64,000 nt of DNA from an uncultured Actinomycetes bacterium (GCA_963749895.1 CAVVOG010000003.1:63415-127414), one strand, 5' to 3'. Shown: positions 46,134 to 54,895, numbered from the stretch's first letter. Notes: generated by a model not told the origin, from the sequence alone. Translations and numbers: made by a program.

Positions 46134-46304
46134 TACGGGGGGAACGACTATCTCGACGGCGGGAAGGGCGACGACTTCCTGTTCGGTGGGCCCGGGGCGG
46201 ACGTGCTCGTGACGAAGGACGGATCCGGTGGTGACACGGCCGACGGCGGCAAGGGCGTCGACCTGTGTCGGACCGACGCGGGGGACACCCGGGTGAGCTG
46301 CTAG
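46134..46304 (+). pseudogene. 3' relic of an RTX-like Ca-binding repeat gene (no start codon)
   Basis: YGGNDYLDGGKGDDFLFGGPGADVLVTKDGSGGDTADGGKGVDLCRTDAGDTRVSC* aligns with the C-terminus of 33090..33662 (..DTLRGGAGTDNCLKDAGDTAATCE*). No in-frame ATG or GTG lies upstream after 46093. Confidence 0.55.
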
Positions 46305-46311
46305 TCGCTCC

Positions 46312-47640
46312 TCACCCGCTCACCCGATAGAGGCGCCAGCGGTCGGGCACACCCTTGAGCTCGTGCTCGCCCGCGTCCTCGAACGTGAGCCCGGCGCCCG
46401 CCGTGAGGTCCTTCACGGTCTGCGACACGAGGACCTCGGACGCGGTCGCCATCGCCCCGACGCGGGCGCCGATCGTGACGGCGAGACCGCCTGCCTTCCC
46501 GGCGATCGTTTCGACCTCGCCCGTGTGGGCGCCGGCTCGGATCTCCAACCCGAGCGGCCGGACGGCCTCGACGATCGCCTGCGCGCAGCGGACCGCGCGG
46601 GCCGGGCCGTCGAACGTCGCGAAGAACCCGTCGCCCGCGGTGTCGACCTCTACCCCCCGGTAGCGGGTCAGCATCGCGCGGACGATCGCGTGGTGCCGCT
46701 CGACCAGCCCACCCCAGATGCGGTCGCCGAGTTCGGCCTCCGTGCGGGTCGAATCCACGATGTCGGTGAACAGCACCGTGGCGAGGACGCGGTCGAGGAC
46801 GGCCTCCTCTTCCTGGATCTCCGCGATGAACCGGGCCACGCTGCGCAGGATGCCGTCTGACCTGCCGTACCAGTGGAGCCAGTTCGGGCCGCCGGGGTCG
46901 GGGATCTCCTCGAGCCGAGCGCCCGGGATCCGTTCGGCTGCGAAGCGCCCGCTCGGCGTGGCGTCACCGCCGTCGGGGTCGATCAGGATGAGCGTGGGGG
47001 TGGACACGGTGGGCAGCACCGGCCGGATGTCGGCGTCCATGAACCGGCCGAGTTCCGCCGCCAGCGCTCCCGGGGCGATCGACGCCCGAACGAACCGTTC
47101 GAACCAGTCGCGCTCGGGGTGCTCGGGCGGTCCTCTCCACCACTGAGACAGCGGGTACTCCTCGCGGAACCCCCGGGCCCAGGCGTCGAACTCCACCCGG
47201 GACCACATCCAGGGGGTGTCCTCGGTCCGACCGAACGTGATCGTCGGATCGCACAGGATCAGACCACGCACCCGATCCGGATACGTCGCGGCGAACAAGA
47301 TCGCGAGCGGGACGCAGTCCACCGAGGCGAAGATCACCGGCCGCGACGCCCCGGTCGCGTCCAGCAGGACGAGCAGGTCGTCGGTCATGTCCTCGAACGG
47401 CGGCACGTCCGTGGGGGAGAAGCGGTCCGAGCAGCCCCACCCCCGGCGGTCGGCAGGGATCAGCCGCGTTCCGCTCGCGAGCCCGCGCAGGAACGAGGCG
47501 AGGTAGGGGCTGTCCCACGCCAGGTCGACGTGGGAAGCCCACCCCTGGAGGTAGACGAGGTCGGTCGGACCGTCACCCAGCACCTGGTACGCGAGCGCGA
47601 CGTCACCGTTCCACGCGTAGCGGGTCGTGGGGATCTCCAC
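46312..47640 (-). CDS. LipJ-like alpha/beta-hydrolase-fold + class III adenylate/guanylate cyclase fusion (copy 1, intact)
   Basis: N-terminal TRYAWNGDVALAYQVLGDGPTDLV. Cyclase-domain motifs LFTDIVDST, TAGDGFFATFDG, RAGAHTGE and ELKGVPDRWRLYRV. GTG start. Confidence 0.85.
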   Translation of the reverse strand: MEIPTTRYAWNGDVALAYQVLGDGPTDLVYLQGWASHVDLAWDSPYLASFLRGLASGTRLIPADRRGWGCSDRFSPTDVPPFEDMTDDLLVLLDATGASRPVIFASVDCVPLAILFAATYPDRVRGLILCDPTITFGRTEDTPWMWSRVEFDAWARGFREEYPLSQWWRGPPEHPERDWFERFVRASIAPGALAAELGRFMDADIRPVLPTVSTPTLILIDPDGGDATPSGRFAAERIPGARLEEIPDPGGPNWLHWYGRSDGILRSVARFIAEIQEEEAVLDRVLATVLFTDIVDSTRTEAELGDRIWGGLVERHHAIVRAMLTRYRGVEVDTAGDGFFATFDGPARAVRCAQAIVEAVRPLGLEIRAGAHTGEVETIAGKAGGLAVTIGARVGAMATASEVLVSQTVKDLTAGAGLTFEDAGEHELKGVPDRWRLYRVSG

Positions 47641-47701
47641 GGTCGAATCCTGCGCCGCACGAGGGGTCCTCGCAAGGGCCTACGGATCCGCGCTGAACGG
47701 A

Positions 47702-49681
47702 TCAGCGGTCCGAGGTGGTTGATCGCGGGGAGTCGTGGTCGACGACGAGATCGGCCAGGTTCGCCGACGTCTTGCCGAACTCCCACCACCCGCAGACCCA
47801 GGGTTTCACGGCCGCCAGGCTGCGCCCGTAGACCAGCGGGATCACGGCCACCTCGTCGACGACCGCCATCCGATCGGCCTGGTGGAAGAGCTCGAGGCGA
47901 CCGTGGTCGCTCCGCTCCTGGCGTGCCCGCTCGATCAGGTCGTCGAAGTCCGGACACACGAAACCGCCCTCGTTCGTCCGGCTCTTGGAGTGGAACAGCA
48001 GGCGCAGGATGTACTCGGGATCGGCGTACCCCGGGAGCCACCCCGTGAAGTACACGGGGGCATGGTCGACGGGCGGCGGCATCGTCGCGACCTCCGCTCG
48101 TCCCCAGGTCCGGAGCTCGACCGTGAGGCCGAGCACCTCGCGCCACGAGGCCAGGACCGGTTCCAGCAGGGATCGGTCCTCGTCGAGGCACGCCACGGCG
48201 ATCGTCACGGAGGGGTCCGGCAGGATCGACCGCGCGACGTCGGGGTCGTAGCCGAGGCAGATGTCCGGCGTGTGTCCCTGCAGGGCAGGAGGGACGATCC
48301 CGCCGTTCGCGGCGACGAGGTTCGACGGGAGCGCCGCGGCGAGCGCCGCGCGGTCGACCGCGTGGGCCAGGGCCTTGCGCACGCGGACGTCCCCGACGAC
48401 CGGGTCGGTGTGACGGAACGCGAGGTAGCCCGACCACGCGGGTGGACCGATGCGCGGATCGGGGAAGTCCCGGGGGGCGAGGTCGGCGACGCGCGGCGTG
48501 TAGCGCACCGTGACGAGGTCGAGCTCGTCAGTCGCGTACCTTGCCACGGCGTCGTCGACCGTCATCGCCACGAACTCCACGCGGCCCGCGTTCCCGTGGC
48601 GGACCGTGTTCACCCGGTCGCGCCGCGTCAGCACGAGCCGGGCCGGCGCACGCTCCTCGATCTCGAACGCGCCCGAAACGACCTGTCGGCCGTCCACCCA
48701 GCCGTCGCCCCGCTCGGAGATCGCGTGTCGCGGCTGCGGGCCGCCGTCGGGCCGGTTCATCACACTCAGGAAGTACGGCGCCGGCGCGACCAGGCGGAAC
48801 TCGACGGTCCGATCGTCCAGCGCCCGGACGCCGACCGTCGAGGGGTCGGTCTGCTCGCCCAGGTAGTACTCGAGGCCGTTCTCGAGTACGAAGTAGACCG
48901 CGACGGAGGACCCGGGCGTGGCCGGGTCGAGGACCCGCTTGATGCCGAACTCGACGTCGTGCGCGGTGAGCGGCGTGCCGTCGGACCACGTGAGATCGGG
49001 CCTGAGGTGGAACACGTAGCGGAGGCCGTCGTCGGCGATCTCCCACCGCTCCGCGAGGGAGGGGACGATCGTCCGCTCGGGCCACTGCTCCACGAGCCGA
49101 TCGAAGAGCTGCATGCAGAGCTGGATGTTCGGCCAGGCGATCGCGGACCTGGGATCCGGGTCGTCCGGCAGGAAGCTCGTCGCCACGCGGAGCGTCGCCT
49201 CGGCGGGGACGGCCGGAGGAGGAGCCGGGGTCCACAGCGGGAACGCCCGCTGGTACGCGGTGTTCGCCTCCTCGAACCGGAGCGACATGTGGAGGGCGAG
49301 TGCCAGCTTGAACAGGACGAGCGCCATCTGCTGGCGCTGCTCGCGGCGCTCGAGGAGCGTCAGGAGCTCCCGGTAGTGCGCCACGGCCTCGTCGAGCGCG
49401 TAGGCGAGCCTCGCCTGGTCGCCCGCGAGCGTGAGGTAGTGGATCGCCTTGTCTTCGTCCCCGGCGCCGATCCAGTGGTGGGCGAGCAGGCCGGCTCCCT
49501 CGTGCTCCCTCCCGGCGGCGCGCTGCTCCAGCCACTCGGCGGCCCGGCGGTGGAGCCGGGCATGGTCCTCGTGGAGCAGCGTGCGGTAGGCGGTCTCCTG
49601 GATCAGGGCGTGCTTGAACCGGTACTCGGTCTCCGGCCAGCGCCGACCTTCCCGGACGAGGTCGAGTCGCATCAGCTCCAC
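47702..49681 (-). CDS. N-terminally truncated regulator remnant (post-ATPase helical/TPR-like region) fused to a cytoplasmic SBP family-5 domain
   Basis: YRFKHALIQETAY, RLHRRAAEWLE and DKAIHYLTLAGDQA are typical of the region after the AAA domain in cyclase/LuxR-type STAND regulators. A full SBP_bac_5-like domain follows (LAERWEIADDGLRYVFHLRPDLTWSDGTPLTAHDVEF ...). There is no signal peptide. GTG 49681 is only the first possible start. Confidence 0.55.
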   Translation of the reverse strand: MELMRLDLVREGRRWPETEYRFKHALIQETAYRTLLHEDHARLHRRAAEWLEQRAAGREHEGAGLLAHHWIGAGDEDKAIHYLTLAGDQARLAYALDEAVAHYRELLTLLERREQRQQMALVLFKLALALHMSLRFEEANTAYQRAFPLWTPAPPPAVPAEATLRVATSFLPDDPDPRSAIAWPNIQLCMQLFDRLVEQWPERTIVPSLAERWEIADDGLRYVFHLRPDLTWSDGTPLTAHDVEFGIKRVLDPATPGSSVAVYFVLENGLEYYLGEQTDPSTVGVRALDDRTVEFRLVAPAPYFLSVMNRPDGGPQPRHAISERGDGWVDGRQVVSGAFEIEERAPARLVLTRRDRVNTVRHGNAGRVEFVAMTVDDAVARYATDELDLVTVRYTPRVADLAPRDFPDPRIGPPAWSGYLAFRHTDPVVGDVRVRKALAHAVDRAALAAALPSNLVAANGGIVPPALQGHTPDICLGYDPDVARSILPDPSVTIAVACLDEDRSLLEPVLASWREVLGLTVELRTWGRAEVATMPPPVDHAPVYFTGWLPGYADPEYILRLLFHSKSRTNEGGFVCPDFDDLIERARQERSDHGRLELFHQADRMAVVDEVAVIPLVYGRSLAAVKPWVCGWWEFGKTSANLADLVVDHDSPRSTTSDR

Positions 49682-49739
49682 GAGGGCCGCGCGGACGTCG
49701 GCCTCGTCGGTGACGGCATCCAGGAGCGGCTGTCGGAAC

Positions 49740-50037
49740 GAGCGCCCGGACCGCGGCGGTCTCGATGCGACCGCGCGGGAGGTTGTCGATCCGCGTCTCC
49801 AGTGAGGGGGATCTGCGCGTCGGGGACCCGTCGGACAGGCCGACGCTCACGCTTGTCGAACAGGATCAGGCGCGAGAACGTCGCGAGGCGCGTGAGGAAC
49901 CGGGCGAGGTTCGGCTCCTCCAATCACCTCGATGTTGCGGGCCCATCCCATGACCCAGACCAGATCCACCTGGGCGCGGTCGCCGCGACCTGGCGCGCGA
50001 TGTGCACCCCGTCGGCGGCGCGCGCGTGACGCGTCAC
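49740..50037 (-). pseudogene. Decayed 5' third of a LipJ-like paralogue (copy 2), multiple frameshifts, abutting the 47702..49681 ORF
   Basis: Three frames carry consecutive homologous pieces: VTRHARAADGVHIARQV, then DLVWVMGWARNIEV, then LARFLTRLATFSRLILFDKR, then GLSD...LETRIDNL. A GTGA junction with the upstream copy lies at 50034-50037. Confidence 0.55.
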
Positions 50038-51383
50038 GGGCACCGCGTCACGACCCGGTAGAGGCGCCAGCGGTCCGGAACACCTTTCAGCTCGTGCTCG
50101 CCCGCGTCTTCGAACGTGAGATCCGAGCCGGCGACGAGGTCCTTCACCGTCTGCGACACGAGGACCTCGCCCGCGCCCGCCGTCGAGGCGACGCGAGCCC
50201 CGATCGACACCGACAGTCCCGAGCACTTGTCGTCGACCACCTCGCACTCACCGGTGTGGAGCCCTGCCCGAAGCTGGATCCCGAGCGTGCCGACGGCGCG
50301 GACGATCTCCTGTGCGCACGCCACCGCTCGGGCGGGCCCATCGAACCGGACGTAGAAGCCGTCGCCGGCCGTGTCCTGCTCGATCCCCCGGAACCGAGCG
50401 ATCAGGTCCCGGATCAGCGCATGATGGCGTCGGACGAGGTCGGCCCAGCCACGGTCTCCGAGCTCGGCCTGCATCGGGGTCGAGTCCACGATGTCGGTGA
50501 AGAGCACGGTCGCCAGGATGCGATCCGGCTCGTGGGCGCGGCCGAGCGAGGTCACGAAGTCCCGAACCAGCGCCATCGTCCGCCCGTGCGTCCCGTCATC
50601 GAGCCACGTGTAGTCCCCGCGCATGTCGGGAAGCTCGCGGATCTGGACGTCCGGGATCCGCCCCGCGAAGTACTCGGCGGGTCCTCGCTGTGCGGGCGAG
50701 AAGAGGATCAGCGTCGGGACGCGCACTGCGGCGAGGACCTCGGTGACGTCCGATTCCATCGCGGCCCGGAAGAAGGCGGCGGCAGCGCCGGGACTCAAGC
50801 TCCTGCGCATGTGGGTCACGAACCAGTCCTGGAACGACGGATCGGCCGGTGCCTCGGGGACCCGTTCTTCGAGGAGCCGGAGGAAGTACTCGCGCCGACC
50901 CCAGTTCGCGCGCACGTCGTTCAGGCGCGCCATCCACACGTCGTGCGTCTGGGCCCACGGGTAGTCGTCGCTCGGCAAGGCCTTCGCCGATGGATCGAGC
51001 AGCACGAGCCCGAGGGTCCGCTCGGGGTAGGTCGCGGCGAACAGCGTGGTCACGTGGGTGCCCTCCTGTCCGCTCCACAGGACGGCCTGTTCGGTGCCCT
51101 CCGCGTCCATCACCGCGCGGACGTCGTCCATCCGGGTCTCGAGCGTCGGCATCCCCGTGACCCGATCCGACAGTCCCGTACCGCGCTTGTCGAGCATGAG
51201 CAGCCGGCCGTTCGAGGCGAGTCCTTCGATGTGGCGGACCAGCAGCGGCTGATCCCAGGCAGAGAGCAGGTCGCCCGTGAAGCCGCGGACGAAGACGATG
51301 TCGGGACGGCCGTCCCCGACGACCTGGTAGGCGATGCTCACGTCACCGCTCTTCGCGTAGCGGACGTCGGGGATCTCGGTCAT
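50034..51383 (-). CDS. LipJ-like hydrolase-fold + class III cyclase fusion (copy 3, intact)
   Basis: ATG 51383 (MTEIPDVRYAKSGDVSIAYQVVGDG). Motifs LFTDIVDST, TAGDGFYVRFDG and ELKGVPDRWRLYRV. The ORF is open to 51485. Confidence 0.85.
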   Translation of the reverse strand: MTEIPDVRYAKSGDVSIAYQVVGDGRPDIVFVRGFTGDLLSAWDQPLLVRHIEGLASNGRLLMLDKRGTGLSDRVTGMPTLETRMDDVRAVMDAEGTEQAVLWSGQEGTHVTTLFAATYPERTLGLVLLDPSAKALPSDDYPWAQTHDVWMARLNDVRANWGRREYFLRLLEERVPEAPADPSFQDWFVTHMRRSLSPGAAAAFFRAAMESDVTEVLAAVRVPTLILFSPAQRGPAEYFAGRIPDVQIRELPDMRGDYTWLDDGTHGRTMALVRDFVTSLGRAHEPDRILATVLFTDIVDSTPMQAELGDRGWADLVRRHHALIRDLIARFRGIEQDTAGDGFYVRFDGPARAVACAQEIVRAVGTLGIQLRAGLHTGECEVVDDKCSGLSVSIGARVASTAGAGEVLVSQTVKDLVAGSDLTFEDAGEHELKGVPDRWRLYRVVTRCP

Positions 51384-51430
51384 CTCAACCCCACCACCCG
51401 GTGGAGGCGCCAGGTGTCGGGGACGCCCTT
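51380..51430 (-). pseudogene. 16-codon relic of a cyclase-domain 3' end (KGVPDTWRLHRVVGLR*)
   Basis: Hand translation. The stop overlaps the ATG of copy 3 (ATGA), as at other array junctions. The DNA contains CCCGGTGGAGGCGCCAGGTGTC, a variant of the 22-mer shared by all copies. Confidence 0.5.
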
Positions 51431-51496
51431 CGGCTGGCTCGTCATGACCGGGGGAGCGTAGTCCGAGGCACCGAACGCGCGCCATCCCTGAGTCGC

Positions 51497-52225
51497 CTAG
51501 GGAGCGAGCTCGTCTTCGTCAACCGCCCGGTGAAGCACGACCGTCGGGGCGTAGATCACGGGCAGGACCTGCCGAACGTCGGTGTCCATCCAGACCGCAT
51601 CGAATGCCCCCATCTCGGCGGGCGTGATCGCGTACCGGAGGCTGCGCGCCCACCATCGGCTGAAGTCGGGGTCGTCGCCCATGGCACCGATGTCCCCTGA
51701 GACCGACGCGATCTGCTCGGGCGTCGGATCGGGCGTGTTCCAGAGCTGCCACATCGAGGCCTGGAACTCCTCGTTCTCTGTCGCGGTCGCCCCCCATGGG
51801 TAATCCTCGGCCCAGGCCGTGCGGAGGATCGGATTGAACAGTGCGAGAGCCGTGACGCGTTGCGGGAAGGCCGCCGCGAACATCGACGCGGCGGCGGCCC
51901 CGTCGGCCATCGTGAAGGGTGCCGCTCGTTCCAAGCCCGCGGCATCGAGGATCGTCCCGAGGTCCTTCACGCGCCGCTCGAGCGTCAGCATCGCGCCCGC
52001 CCTGCCCGAGAGCCCCGTCCCCCGACCGTCGAACTCCACGAGGCGCGAGAACGAGGACAGCCCACGGTAGAGGCGGCGCGTGCCCTCCCACTCCCCGAAC
52101 ACTTCCATCGCGCCGATGTACGCGTGAACGAGGACGAGGTCGGCCGGTCCACCCTCGAAGAGCTGGTACGCGAGGTCGACCCCGTCCGACGTGCGCACGT
52201 AGCGTGTCTGCGGCATCCGCTCCAC
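51497..52225 (-). CDS. LipJ-like paralogue (copy 4) reduced to the hydrolase-fold domain (cyclase deleted)
   Basis: MERMPQTRYVRTSDGVDLAYQLFEGGPADLV ... ends ..VVLHRAVDEDELAP*, where the other copies continue into linker and cyclase. The relic at 51380-51430 marks the lost 3' end. Confidence 0.6.
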   Translation of the reverse strand: MERMPQTRYVRTSDGVDLAYQLFEGGPADLVLVHAYIGAMEVFGEWEGTRRLYRGLSSFSRLVEFDGRGTGLSGRAGAMLTLERRVKDLGTILDAAGLERAAPFTMADGAAAASMFAAAFPQRVTALALFNPILRTAWAEDYPWGATATENEEFQASMWQLWNTPDPTPEQIASVSGDIGAMGDDPDFSRWWARSLRYAITPAEMGAFDAVWMDTDVRQVLPVIYAPTVVLHRAVDEDELAP

Positions 52226-52226
52226 G

Positions 52227-53573
52227 TCAGCCCACCACCCGGTAGAGGCGCCAGCGGTCGGGAACGCCCTTGAGTGCGTGCTCGCCGGCGTCCTCGAAGG
52301 TGAGGCCGGATCCGGCGGTCAGGTCCTTCACCGTCTGGGAGACGAGCACCTGCGAGGGACCGGCCAGCGCGCCCACGCGGGCGCCGATCACCACGCCGAG
52401 GCCGGCGACGTCGTCGCCCTCGATCGTGACCTCGCCGGTGTGCAACCCCGCCCGTACCTCGATCCCGAGCGGGCCGACCGCCGCCGCGATCGCCGTCGCG
52501 CAGCGCACCCCTCGTGCCGGCCCGTCGAACGTCGCGAGGAACCCGTCGCCCATCGTCTTGACCTCGCGTCCGCGGTAGCGAGCGATCTGCGAGCGCACGA
52601 TCTGATCGTGACGAGCGCGAACGTCTCGCCAGCCGGCATCACCGAGCGCGGCCGCCTGCACGGTGGAGTCGACCACGTCCGTGAACAGCACCGTCGCGAG
52701 GACGCGGTCGAAGTCCGCCTGCTCGACGCGGAGCGACTCGACGAACGCCGCGATGTGGGGGACCAGATCGTCGAGGGGGTAGACGTGGTCCTCTCCCGGG
52801 AGCTCCACGATGCGCGCCCCGGGGGTGTGCTCCGCGGTCCACCGCCCCTCGGCCACCTTCGTGAAGCGGTCGCCGGTCCGGTGCAGCACGAGCGTCGGCG
52901 CCTGGACGGACGGGAGGATGTGGCGGACGTCGGTCTCCATCACCGCGCGATCACGGGCGATCGCGTCCCCCGGGCTGGCGGAAAGCCGGAGCAGCCGACC
53001 GAACGCTCGGACGGCGGTCTCGTCGTGCCGCAGCGACGGCGAGAGGTCCTCGACCAATTCTCGGACGAAGGCGTCGGTGCCCCACGCACGCTCGATCCTG
53101 TCGATGTACTCCTCGTACATCTCCCGGCTCCAGGACCCGGGGTAGTCGGGCGCCGGTGTCCCGCGCGGCATCGGCGCCTGCACGATCACGCCGGACGTGC
53201 GTTCCGGGTGCGTCGCGGCGAACATGAAGCAGAGCGCCGCGCCGCTCTCGATCCCGAACACGAACGCACGCTCCGACGACGCTGCGTCCATCACGGCGCG
53301 GATGTCGTCCATCTGCGCCTCGATCGTGGCGGCCTCGCCGGTCCACGAACGGTCCGACGTGCCGCTGCCACGCCGATCGAAGATCAACACCCGGCCGATC
53401 GAGGCCAAGCCCCGAACGAACGAGACGAACGGGGGGAAGTCCCAGGCGGCTTCGATGTTGGAGTAGTCGTACGGGACGAACACGATGTCCACGGGACCGG
53501 AGCCCACCACCTGGTAGCCCACGTGGATCCCGTCCGCCGCGCGCGCGTACCGCGTCTCGGGGGCTCGGGTCAC
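52227..53573 (-). CDS. LipJ-like hydrolase-fold + class III cyclase fusion (copy 5, intact)
   Basis: GTG 53573 (TRAPETRYARAADGIHVGYQVVGSGPVDIV). Motifs LFTDVVDST, TMGDGFLATFDG and ALKGVPDRWRLYRVVG. Confidence 0.85.
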   Translation of the reverse strand: MTRAPETRYARAADGIHVGYQVVGSGPVDIVFVPYDYSNIEAAWDFPPFVSFVRGLASIGRVLIFDRRGSGTSDRSWTGEAATIEAQMDDIRAVMDAASSERAFVFGIESGAALCFMFAATHPERTSGVIVQAPMPRGTPAPDYPGSWSREMYEEYIDRIERAWGTDAFVRELVEDLSPSLRHDETAVRAFGRLLRLSASPGDAIARDRAVMETDVRHILPSVQAPTLVLHRTGDRFTKVAEGRWTAEHTPGARIVELPGEDHVYPLDDLVPHIAAFVESLRVEQADFDRVLATVLFTDVVDSTVQAAALGDAGWRDVRARHDQIVRSQIARYRGREVKTMGDGFLATFDGPARGVRCATAIAAAVGPLGIEVRAGLHTGEVTIEGDDVAGLGVVIGARVGALAGPSQVLVSQTVKDLTAGSGLTFEDAGEHALKGVPDRWRLYRVVG

Positions 53574-54895
53574 GACGTCACCCGGTAGAGGCGCCAGCGG
53601 TCGGGGACGCCCTTCAGCTCGTGCTCGCCGGCGTCCTCGAAGGTGAGTCCGGAGCCTGCGGTGAGGTCCTTCACGGTCGAGGAGGCCCAGACCTCGGAGG
53701 TCCCCGCCATCGATGCGACCCGCGCGGCCACGTGCACGCCGATCCCAGCGAGGTCGTTACCGCCGTAGGTGATCTCGCCGGTATGGACCCCGGCCCGTAC
53801 GTCGACGCCGTGGGTCCTCATCGCGTCGCCGAAGGCTTGGGCGCACCGGACCGCCCGGGCGGGACCGTCGAACGTCGCGAGCATGCCGTCGCCGGTCCCG
53901 CGGACGAACGTGCCACGGAATCGTGCCACGGTCGCCTTCGCGACGGAGTCGTGCGTTCTCGATCAGGGCTCGCCACTTCGTGTCGCCCATGATCGCCGCG
54001 GTGGCGGTCGAGTCGACGATGTCGGTGAACAGCACCGTCGCGAGGACCCGGTCCAGTTCAGCCTCCTGCTCGCGTATCGAGGTCAGGAACCGCTCGACGG
54101 CCCTGAGGTTGTCATCGGTGCCGGCGAGATAAGGGGGGTGGTCGGGCTGGCTCGGGACGACCACGATCTCGGCTCCGGGTATCGCGGCCGCCATCCGCTC
54201 CGCGTCCGGCAGCTGTTCGTCGTCGGGCTGCAGGATCTGGGTGGGCACGTGGATCGAGCCGAGGATCCCGCCGAATCGGTCTCGACGAACACCCGGCTAT
54301 TCGCGAGCGCATCACCCCGGCTGGCGGCGTTGCGCATGATTCGGGCCCACCGCCGAACCGCGACGGGGTCGCCGGCCGGTGTTGGGGCTCCCATGAGCGC
54401 GAGGAGCGGGCCGGCCGCATCCTCCTCGCCCCACGATGCCTCGAGCATCCGGTCGTAGGCGTCAAGCTCCTCGTTCGTGTCTCCACCGCGCCCCGACGTC
54501 TCCGCTCTCCACAGGAGCAGGCCGGCGGTCCGGTCCGGGTACGTCGCCGCGAACATCGCGCAGATCGCGCCCCCGTCGACCCCTTGGCCGTACAGGACCG
54601 GCCGGTCGCTGCCCGCCGCGTCGAGCACCGCTCGGATGTCGTCCATCTTCGTCTCGAGGTTGACCGTCTGGGTCATCCGGTCGGACAACCCGCCGCCCCG
54701 CTGGTCCAGCGTGATCACGCGGGAGAACCGCGCCAGCGAACGGAGCCACCCGCCTACGTCGGGGTCCTCCCAGAACAGCTCGAGGTGAGAGATCGCGGGC
54801 CACGCGACGAGCAAGTCCGGCCCGGTGCCGAACACCTGGAACGCGATGTACGTACCGTCGGCGCTCTGCGCGTACCGGGTCTTCGGGGTGTCCAC
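53570..54895 (-). pseudogene. LipJ-like paralogue (copy 6) with two frameshifts
   Basis: Homology runs through three frames, with shifts near 54278 (after ..VFVETD) and near 53954 (..ALIEN/HDSV..). The last segment, 53570..53929, encodes an intact cyclase C-half. Likely start is GTG 54895 (VDTPKTRYAQSADG). Confidence 0.65.

Noticed and set aside
46323-53602. Five spaced copies of a ~22-nt sequence (CCCGGTAGAGGCGCCAGCGGTC and variants), considered as a CRISPR- or REP-like repeat.
   Set aside because: The copies are 0.8-3.7 kb apart. Each lies inside the conserved 3' coding end (..DRWRLYRV..) of a LipJ-like paralogue, so the repeats are explained by gene duplication.
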